Source: Eledone cirrhosa (Eukaryota). Taken from it: a stretch of DNA of 64,000 bases. Below, in pieces: positions 40,861 through 50,800 of the stretch; within the stretch, counting starts at the first letter, position 1, and each line of letters starts with the position of its first letter. The notes under the pieces were generated by a model that was given only the letters and a program-made list of their open reading frames with translations, did not search any database and was not told where the DNA came from. The position numbers were made by a program, and so were the translations under genes. Location of the stretch: NCBI GenBank assembly GCA_964016885.1, contig OZ024742.1, positions 198,338,001 to 198,402,000 of the forward strand, in the 5' to 3' direction.

Positions 40861-42029
40861 TTAAACTAGGTGTTGACGAATGGCTTGTGAGAGCTATACA
40901 AGCCATGTATAAAGAAACAGTCAGTAAGGTTAGAATTAACAACGAATATAGTGAAGAGTTTAGCGTAAAAGTTGGTGTCCATCAGGGCTCTGTTCTTAGC
41001 CCCCTACTATTTATTATTGCCCTTCAGGCTATAACAGAGGAGTTCAAGACCGGCTGCCCATGGGAACTCCTATACGCAGATGATCTAACGCTCATAGCTG
41101 AATCAATGACCGAACTAGAGAAGAAATTCCAAACATGGAAGCACGGCCTAGAATCAAAAGGCCTTAAAATTAACCTGGCTAAGACTAAAGTTCTAGTTTG
41201 TAGGAAAGAAAATAAGGCGGCAGTCCCTTCCGGGAAATGGCCATGCTCAGTGTGTAGGAAAGGCGTAGGTAGAAACTCCATTTTATGTCCCCAATGCAAA
41301 GTATGGGTGCATAAAAGATGTAGTGGGATCACAGGTAAGCTAACTAAGAACATAGATTTTACATGTGGCCGGTGCTCTGGTGCAGTAAGTAGCAGCATGT
41401 GCCCACCAAATACTAGCTCTTTCAATTGCGCAGAGGGTTCTATAGAAATAGTGGACAGCTTCCGTTACCTGGGTGACAAAATCAGCAGTGGGGTAGGGTG
41501 CTCTGAAAGTACAGTAGCTAGAGTCAGAACTGGATGGAAAAAGTTCAGAGAGCTTATACCACTATTAGCCGCTAGAGGGTTCTCCCTAAAAATGAAAGGC
41601 AGGTTATACGATGCCTGCATACGAACAGCAATGCTGCATGGCAGTGAGACCTGGGCATTGTGTGCAGAGGATATACGCAGACTAGAGAGGAACGAAGCTT
41701 GCATGCTCCGCTGGATGTGCAATAGTAATATACGTGAACGGCTAAGTATAAACGAACTAAGGAAGAAATTAGAAATAAGAGGGATCAGATGTTGTTTACT
41801 CGAGAGAAGGCTACGTTGGTATGGTCACGTGATGCGCATGAAAGACGACAGCTGTATAACAAAGTGCAGGGCAATAAAGATAGACGGTAGCCACGGAGTA
41901 GGCAGACCCAGAAAAACCTGGGACGACATGATAAATTCCGACCTCACACGCTTACACCTCTCCAAGACAATGTCACTGGACCGAGACCTTTGGCGGTACT
42001 CAGTAATAGAGAAGACCCGCCTTACCTAA
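40861..42029 (+). pseudogene. Partial reverse transcriptase ORF of the RTE LINE (~390 uninterrupted codons) with an internal PHD finger
   Basis: ORF track 40839..42029. The first residues (MLNYDDDV) come from the upstream element's tail, and RT homology starts at KLGVDEWLVRAIQAMY. A C4HC3 motif lies at 41244-41375. Confidence 0.9.
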
Positions 42030-42517
42030 ATACAAAGTAAAAACCTACTACAGTCAGTAGGCATCTCTATCAAAACACACCCCCGTCCCACCACCTCCAC
42101 CCCATCCACACCGCCCCTTTCAATGTAAAGTTATGTTGGTCCCACAACATCCAGGCCGAAACAAATTAGATTGTGTAGGTGTCACGACAAAAAAACACAC
42201 AGTCCACGCTGTAAATGTGGTAAAAACCTCCCAGCCCCACACTGTAAATGTGGTTGGTGTTAGGAAGGGCATCCAGCTGTAGAAAACCCGCCAGACAGTC
42301 CACGCTGTAATGTGGCCGTGTAGGCAACACGGTAAAAACCTCCCAGCCCCACACTGTAAATGTGGTTGGTGTTAGGAAGGGCATCCAGCTGTAGAAAACC
42401 CGCCAGACAGTCCTATGCGAGCAAGACAACCACTCTTGCCTCAAGTGGGAAAACCCCCGTCCAAACCCATGCAAGCGTGGAACACGGACGCTAAACCTGA
42501 TGATGATGATGAGGATG
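40861..42517 (+). mobile_element. 5'-truncated RTE-clade non-LTR retrotransposon (partial RT, 3'UTR, (GAT)n tail), antisense to IPO11
   Basis: RT motifs GVHQGSVLSPLLF, LLYADDL, GLKINLAKTKVL and FRYLG, plus RTE C-terminal RLRWYGHVMR and GRPRKTW. Stop at 42029. The 3'UTR ends in TGATGATGATGAT at ~42498-42510. There is no endonuclease or N-terminal RT part. Confidence 0.95.
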
Positions 42518-42817
42518 ATATATATATGTAAAAACAACAACTAGAACAAGGGAATGAACAATTGAAACATGAGAATTTAAAACAAAGTCAACAAAATGTG
42601 AAAAAAAATAAAGACATGTTTGACAAAAAATATGCATAAAAACAAGAACAATGTGTGTAGAGTGGAAATATTTATGTTGAGTAGAAAAAGAAAAAAAAGA
42701 TCTGATGTCTCGAGTTAAACCCTTTATCAAAGTAGAATAAGAAAAGACTATGGAATGAGAAAAATGTGTGAGAACAATACCAAGTTGGAAAGCAGAAGTG
42801 GTTTAAATTATCTAACA

Positions 42818-42930
42818 ATTGTTTCTACTTTTGTCACAATTTTGGCGGGATTTGAACTCAGAAGGTAAAAGATGTAACTATGCTGCGAAACATTGTCCAA
42901 TGCTCTACAGATACTGCCAACCACCGTCCT
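42818..42930 (-). mobile_element. tRNA-derived SINE, internally deleted copy
   Basis: The minus strand has A-box-like TGGCAGTATCTG and B-box GAGTTCAAATCC. It has the same head and the same AAAAGTAGAAACAA tail as the adjacent copy but lacks the central domain. Confidence 0.75.
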
Positions 42931-43122
42931 AATATTTGTTTCTACTTTTGGCACAAGGCCAGCAATTATCACAGTGTATTACTGGTACTTTATTTTATCG
43001 ACCCTGTAAGGATGAAAGACAAAGTTAACGTTGGCAAGATTTGAACTCGGAACGTAAAGGGATGTAACTATGCTGCGAAGCATATTGCCCGACGCTCTAC
43101 CGATACTGCCAACCACCAACCT
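42931..43122 (-). mobile_element. tRNA-derived SINE with a Nin/Deu-like central domain
   Basis: The minus strand has A box TGGCAGTATCGG, B box GAGTTCAAATC, and central CTTTCATCCTTACAGGGTCGATAAAATAAAGTACCAG, which resembles the Nin/Deu SINE core as recalled. The tail is GGCCTTGTGCCAAAAGTAGAAAC. Confidence 0.8.
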
Positions 43123-43447
43123 AATATCAACATGACAGCATTGAGCCAAGCAAGTTGGAATGGCTATTTCAATGCATCTACCTCACTCTCATAAGAGGTA
43201 ACACTTTCTCAATTCGGTCTACCAAGACCATGACATGGCTTGCACCTGGGGGAGTTCTCCCACACTATCCGGGCTCATATTATTGTGATAGAGTTGCTCT
43301 AAAAGTATGGGGAATAGACCCCAGAATATCACATCTGTTATCTACAAACATAAAACACACTATTTTTACATTTATCAGTAGACTTGGTCAATGTAGACCT
43401 ATCCAACCATGATGATAACAGTCTAATGATGCCATCAACTCTACAGT

Positions 43448-43660
43448 GATCATCATCCATCATCATCTAACGTCCATTTTCGATGCTAGTATGGGTTAGA
43501 CAGGTTGTCCCATTAGAGGCAAGTTGGATCAGGTGACTGTGGCTTGCTCATATAGGACTCTTTCTGGCTAGATTTATATGGTTGGATGTCCTTCCTAACA
43601 CCAACCACATTTACAGTGTGGGCTGAGTGCTTTTTGTTGTGACTCCTACACGACCACTTA
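43448..43660 (-). mobile_element. RTE 3'UTR-type short retroelement copy, inverted relative to the copies at 40670 and 42230
   Basis: The reverse complement reads CACACTGTAAATGTGGTTGGTGTTAGGAAGGACATCCAACCATATAAA...AACCCATACTAGCATCGAAAATGGACGTTAGATGATGATGGATGATG. Confidence 0.85.
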
Positions 43661-44060
43661 ACAGTGTTGGCTGGATGCTTTTTGCTGTCACTCCTACACA
43701 ATCACTTTACAGTGTGGGCTGGGTGCTTTTTGTTGTGACTCCTACACGACCACTTAACAGTGTTGGCTGGATGCTTTTTGCTGTCACTCCTACACAATCA
43801 CTTTACAGTGTGGGCTGGGTGCTTTTTGTTGTGACTCCTACACGACCACTTAACAGTCTTGGCTGGATGCTTTTTGCTGTCACTCCTACACAATCACTTT
43901 ACAGTGTGGGCTGGGTGCTTTTTGTTGTGACTCCTACACGACCACTTAACAGTCTTGGCTGGATGCTTTTTGCTGTCACTCCTACACAATCACTTTACAG
44001 TGTGGGCTGGGTGCTTTTTGTTGTGACTCCTACATGACCACCTTACATTGTGGGATGGAT
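43610..44060. repeat. 96-bp dimeric (2 x 48 bp) tandem repeat, ~4.5 dimers, grown from the 5' end of the adjacent retroelement copy
   Basis: TTTACAGTGTGGGCTG occurs at 43610, 43706, 43802, 43898 and 43994, alternating with the subunit TTAACAGT(G/C)TTGGCTGGATGCTTTTTGCTGTCACTCCTACACAATCAC. Confidence 0.95.
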
Positions 44061-44131
44061 TAAGCAATTACAAATAATTAAGAAAATTGAACAGTATTTG
44101 AACAGTAATAACAGTGTTGAAGAGTATTTAC

Positions 44132-44221
44132 CTTTCCTTGTATCAACTTTGTAACTATCAGTATGAACAATAATTTTCAACATATTCAAACAATTTACGG
44201 TGAAGTGAGGGAAATGGAGAC
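44132..44221 (-). CDS. IPO11: Importin-11 internal coding exon (90 bp), (G)LHFPHFTVNCLNMLKIIVHTDSYKVDTRK
   Basis: Acceptor is a long T-rich tract then ctttgcag|GT, and donor is G|gtaaat. It is phase 1-1 and joins the 156-bp exon through a GAG codon. The peptide resembles recalled IPO11 GVTFERFIVQCMNLIKMIVKNYAYK. Confidence 0.88.
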
Positions 44222-44285
44222 CTGCAAAGATAATAAAAATAAAATAAAATTTAACAATTAGAAAGAGATTTAGAAGTGTCTACAC

Positions 44286-44576
44286 CAGAGGTAGGGAACT
44301 TTTTCATGTTGAAAAGCCATATTAAGTTATTTGTAATATAATACGGTCGCATTCAAGAAACCATCATAATATAGTCTTAAAATCTATAGTATTTTGTAAA
44401 AATCTAATTACTATGTACTAACTATCTAAAAAACAAAAAAATATGTTTATCTTGTAGTTTAAATCAAATTAATAAGAGATAAAAACATATTTATAAAAAT
44501 TAAAGTATTGTTAATAATTTTGATTCTGTCAAAAGAATGGCATAGAAGCCTTAAGGCCACCGGTACCTCGTATCTG
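44286..44576. mobile_element. hAT (Charlie-like) MITE, 291 bp
   Basis: Perfect 8-bp target duplication GTCTACAC at 44278-44285 and 44577-44584. CAG...CTG termini with degenerate TIRs (CAGAGGTAGGGAAC versus revcomp CAGATACGAGGTAC), and an AT-rich interior. Confidence 0.78.
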
Positions 44577-44802
44577 GTCTACACCATAGGATTAAAAACT
44601 ACCCACTTCTTTGAATAATTCTTATAATGAACAGCAGATGGCATCTTTAATCACTTGACTGAACCAAGGGATACACTTGCCACATGGCACCACACCAAGG
44701 GTCAATGTGATTGATAAAAATTAACACAGTACCAATAAGTCACCACTTAAAAAAGTACCAATAATTCAGGCATTGATCACATGAAAGTCAGTGCCCAGTG
44801 TA

Positions 44803-47800
44803 GCAGTCAGTGACCACATGATATGTACCAACACATCAATCAGTGACCACATGATATGTACCAACACATCAATCAGTGACCACATGATATGTACCAACAC
44901 ATCAATCAGTGACCACATGAAAGGTACCAACACATCAGTCAGTGACCACGTGATATGTACCAACACATCAGTAAGTGACCACATGAAAGGTACCAACACA
45001 TCAGTCAGTGACCACATGAATGGTACCAACACATCAGTCAGTGACCACATGATATGTACCAACACATCAGTCAGTGACCACATGAAAGGCACCAACACAT
45101 CAGATAGTGACCACATGAAAGGTACCAACACATCAGTCAGTGACCACATGAAAGGTACCAACACATCAGTCAGTGACCACATGATATGTACCAACACATC
45201 AGTCAGTTACCACATGAAAGGTACCAACACATCAGACAGTGACCACATGAAAGGTACCAACACATCAGTAAGTGACCACTTGAAAGGTACCAACACATCA
45301 GTAAGTGACCACATGAAAGGTACCAACACATCAGTCAGTGACCACATAAAATATATCAACACTTCAGTCAGTGACCACATGATATGCACCAACACATCAG
45401 TCAGTGACCACATGAAAGGTACCAACACATCAGTAAGTGACCACATGAAATGTACCAACACATCAGTCAGTGACCACATGATATGTACCAACACATCAGT
45501 TAGTGATCACATGATATGCACCAACACATCAATCAGTGACCACATGAAAGGTACCAACACATCAGTAAGTGACCACATGAAAGGTACCAACATATCAGTA
45601 AGTGACCACATGATATGCACCAACACATCAGTCAGTGACCACATGAAAGGTACCAACACATCAGTCAGTGACCACATGATATGTACCGACACATCAGTTA
45701 GTGACCACATGAAAGGTACCAACACATCAGTCAGTGACCACATGAAAGGTACCAACACATCAGTCAGTGACCACATGAAAGGTACCAACACATCAGTCAG
45801 TGACCACATGAAAGGTACCAACACATCAGTCAGTGACCACATGAAAGGTACCAACACATCAGTCAGTGACCACATGAAACGTACCAACACATCAGTCAGT
45901 GACCACATGAAAGGTACCAACACATCAGTCAGTGACCACATGAAAGGTACCAACACATCAGTCAGTGACCACATGATATGTACCAACACATCAGTCAGTG
46001 ACCACATGATATGTACTAACATCAGTAAGTGACCACATGAAAGGTACCAACACATCAGTCAGTGACCACATGAGAGGTACCAACACATCAGTCAGTGACC
46101 ACATATGTACCAACACATCAGTAAGTGAACATTGAAAGGCACTAACACATCAGTCAGTGACCACATGAAAGGTACCAACACATCAGTCAGTGACCACATG
46201 AAAGGTACCAACACATCAGTCAGTGACCACATGATATATACCAACACATCAGTCAGTGACCACATGAAAGGTACCAACACATCAATCAGTGACCACATGA
46301 AAGGTACCAACACATCAGTCAGTGACCACATATGTACCAACACATCAGTCAGTGACCACATGAAAGGTACCAATACATCAGACAGTGACCACATGAAAGG
46401 TACCAACACATCAGTAAGTGACCACATGAAATGTACCAACACATCAGTCAGTGACCACATGAAAGGTACCAACACATCAGTCAGTGACCACATGAAAGGT
46501 ACCAACACATCAGTTAGTGACCACATGATATGCACCAACACATCAGTCAGTGACCACATGAAAGGTACCAACACATCAGTAAGTGACCACATGAAAGGCA
46601 CCAACACATCAGTTAGTGACCACATGAAAGGTACCAACACATCAATCAGTGACCACATGAAATGTACCAACACATCAGTCAGTGACCACATGAAAGGTAC
46701 CAACACATCAGTCAGTGTCCACATGAAAGGTACCAACACATCAGTCAGTGACCACATGATATGTACCAACACATCAGTCAGTGACCACATGATATGTACC
46801 AACACATCAGTAAGTGACCACATGAAAGGCACCAACACATCAGTTAGTGACCACATGAAAGGTACCAACACATCAGTCAGTGACCACATGAAAGGTACCA
46901 ACACATCAGTCAGTGACCACATGAAAGATACCAACACATCCGTCAGTGACCACATGATATGTACCAACACATCAATCGGTGACCACATGAAAGGTACCAA
47001 CACATCAGTCAGTGACCACATGATATGTACCAACACATCAGTCAGTGACCACATGAAAGGCACCAACACATCAGTTAGTGACCACATGAAAGGTACCAAC
47101 ACATCAGTCAGTGACCACATGAAAGGTACCAACACATCAGTCAGTGACCACATGATATGTACCAATACATCAGACAGTGACCACATGAAAGGTACCAACA
47201 CATCAGTCAGTGACCACATAAAATATATCAACACATCAGTCAGTGACCACATGATATGCACCAACACATCAGTCAGTGACCACATGAAAGGTACCAACAC
47301 ATCAGTAAGTGACCACATGAAATGTAACAACACAGTCAGTGACCACATGATATGTACCAACACATCAGTTAGTGACCACATGATATGCACCAACACATCA
47401 GTCAGTGACCACATGAAAGGTACCAACACATCAGTCAGTGACCACATGATATGTACCAACACATCAGTTAGTGACCACATGAAAGGTACCAACACATCAG
47501 TAAGTGACCACATGAAAGGTACCAACACATCAGTAAGTGACCACATGATATGCACCAACACATCAGTCAGTGACCACATGAAAGGTACCAACACATCAGT
47601 CAGTGACCACATGATATGTACCAACACATCAGTTAGTGACCACATGAAAGGTACCAACACATCAGTCAGTGACCACATGAAAGGTACCAACACATCAGTC
47701 AGTGACCACATGAAAGGTACCAACACATCAGTCAGTGACCACATGAAAGGTACCAACACATCAGTCAGTGACCACATGTAAGGTACCAACACATCAGTCA

Positions 47801-50800
47801 GTGACCACATTAAAGGTACCAACACATCAGTCAGTGACCACATGAAATGTACCAACACATTAGTCAGTGACCACATGAAAGGTACCAACACATCAGTCAG
47901 TGACCACATGAAAGGTACCAACACATCAGTCAGTGACCACATGATATGTACCAACACATCAGTCAGTGACCACATGATATGTACTAACATCAGTAAGTGA
48001 CCACATGAAAGGTACCAACACATCAGTCAGTGACCACATGAGAGGTACCAACACATCTGTCAGTGACCACATGAAAGGTACCAACACATCAGTCAGTGAC
48101 CACATATGTACCAACACATCAGTAAGTGACCATTGAAAGGTACAAACACATCAGTCAGTGACCACATGAAAGGTACCAACACATCAGTCAGTGACCACAT
48201 GAAAGGTACCAACACATCAGTCAGTGACCACATGATATGTACCAACACATCAGTCAGTGACCACATGAAAGGTACCAACACATCAATCAGTGACCACATG
48301 AAAGGTACCAACACATCAGTGACCACATGAAAGGTACCAACACATCAGTCAGTGACCACATATGTACCAACACATCAGTCAGTGACCACATGATATGTAC
48401 CAACACGTCAGTTAGTGACCACATGATATGCACCAACACATCAGTCAGTGACCACATGAAAGGTACCAACACATCAGTAAGTGACCACATGAAAGGCACT
48501 AACACATCAGTGAGTGACCACATGAAAGGTACCAACACATCAGTCAGTGACCACATGAAATGTACCAACACATCAGTCAGTGACCACATGAAAGGTACCA
48601 ACACATCAGTCAGTGACCACATGAAAGGTACCAACACATCAGTCAGTGACCACATGAAAGGTACCAACACATCAGTCAGTGACCACATGATATGTACCAA
48701 CACATCAGTCAGTGACCACATGATATGTACTAACATCAGTAAGTGACCACATGAAAGGTACCAACACATCAGTAAGTGACCACATGAAAAGTACCAACAC
48801 ATCAGTAAGTGACCACATGAAAGGCACCAACACATCAGTTAGTGACCACATGAAAGGTACCAACACATCAATCAGTGACCACATGAAATGTACCAACACA
48901 TCAGTCAGTGACCACATGAAAGGTACCAACACATCAGTCAGTGACCACATGAAAGGTACCAACACATCAGTCAGTGACCACATGAAAGGTACCAACACAT
49001 CAGTCAGTGACCACGATATGTACCAACACATCAGTCAGTGACCACATGAAAGGTACCAACACATCAATCAGTGACCACATGAAGGGTACCAACACATCAG
49101 TCAGTGACCACATGAAAGGTACCAACACATCAGTAAGTGACCACATGAAAAGTACCAACACATCAGTAAGTGACCACATGAAAGGCACCAACACATCAGT
49201 TAGTGACCACATGAAAGGTACCAACACATCAATCAGTGACCACATGAAATGTACCAACACATCAGTCAGTGACCACATGAAAGGTACCAACACATCAGTC
49301 AGTGACCACATGAAAGGTACCAACACATCAGTCAGTGACCACATGATATGCACCAACACATCCGTCAGTGACCACATGATATGCACCAACACATCCGTCA
49401 GTGACCACATGAAAGGTACCAACACATCAATCAGTGACCACATGAAAGGTACCAACACATCAGTAAGTGACCACATGAAAGGTACCAACACATCAGTCAG
49501 TTACCACATGATATGTATCAACACATCAGTCAGTGACCACATGATATGTACCAACACATCAGTGACCACATGAAAGGCACCAACACGTCAGTTAGTGACC
49601 ACATGAAAGGTACCAACACATCAGTCAGTGACCACATGAAAGGTACCAACACATCAGTCAGTGACCACATGAAAGATACCAACACATCCGTCAGTGACCA
49701 CATGATATGTACCAACACATCAATCGGTGACCACATGAAAGGTACCAACACATCAGTCAGTGACCACATGATATGTACCAACACATCAGTCTGACCACAT
49801 GAAAGGCACCAACACATCAGTTAGTGACCACATGAAAGGTACCAACACATCAGTCAGTGACCACATGAAAGGTACCAACACATCAGTCAGTGACCACATA
49901 TGTACCAACACATCAGTCAGTGACCACATGAAAGGTACCAATACATCAGACAGTGACCACATGAAAGGTACCAACACATCAGTAAGTGACCACATGAAAT
50001 GTACCAACACATCAGTCAGTGACCACATGAAAGGTACCAACACATCAGTCAGTGACCACATGAAAGGTACCAACACATCAGTCAGTGACCACATGAAAGG
50101 TACCAACACATCAGTCAGTGACCACATGAAAGGGACCAACACATCAGTCAGTGACCACATGAAAGGTACCAACACATCAGTCAGTGACCACATGAAAGGT
50201 ACCAACACAGCAGTCAGTGACCACATGATATGTACCAACACATCAGTTAGTGACCACATGAAAGGTACCAACACATCAGTGAGTGATCACATGAAAGGTA
50301 CCAACACATCAGTCAGTGACCACATGAAAGGTACCAACACATCAGTCAGTGACCACATGATATGCACCAACACATCAGTCAGTGACCACATGATATGTAC
50401 CAACACATCAGTCAGTGACCACATGATATGTACTAACATCAGTAAGTGACCACATGAAAGGTACAAACACATCAGTCAGTGACCACATGAAAGGTACCAA
50501 CACATCAGTCAGTGACCACATGAAAGGTACCAACACATCAATCAGTGACCACATGAAAGGTACCAACACATCAGTGACCACATGAAAGGTACCAACACAT
50601 CAGTCAGTGACCACATGATATGTACCAACACATCAGTTAGTGACCACATGATATGCACCAACACATCAGTCAGTGACCACATGAAAGGTACCAACACATC
50701 AGTAAGTGACCACATGAAAGGCACCAACACATCAGTAAGTGACCACATGAAAGGCACCAACACATCAGTTAGTGACCACATGAAAGGTACCAACACATCA

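Noticed and set aside
41024-41722. Minus-strand ORFs of 133 and 85 aa
   Set aside because: They are antisense shadows of the RT ORF with no recognisable motifs.
42480-42520. Hammerhead ribozyme core (CTGATGA)
   Set aside because: It is simply the start of the (GAT)n LINE tail, with no supporting stems or correctly placed GAAA.
43030-43117. tRNA gene
   Set aside because: A and B boxes are present but the spacing does not give a cloverleaf, and the sequence continues into a SINE body and tail.
43150-43370. Possible additional decayed tRNA-SINE on the minus strand and an 85-aa ORF
   Set aside because: Only a weak B-box-like GGGGTCTATTCCCC is visible, which is too degenerate to call without a library search. 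The ORF has no recognisable motif.
43627-44037. 136-aa repetitive ORF
   Set aside because: It is a translation of the 48/96-bp tandem repeat, whose unit length is a multiple of 3.
44600-44700. Candidate further IPO11 exon upstream of the 90-bp exon
   Set aside because: All three minus-strand frames contain a stop, there is no convincing acceptor, and there is no clear similarity to the expected peptide.
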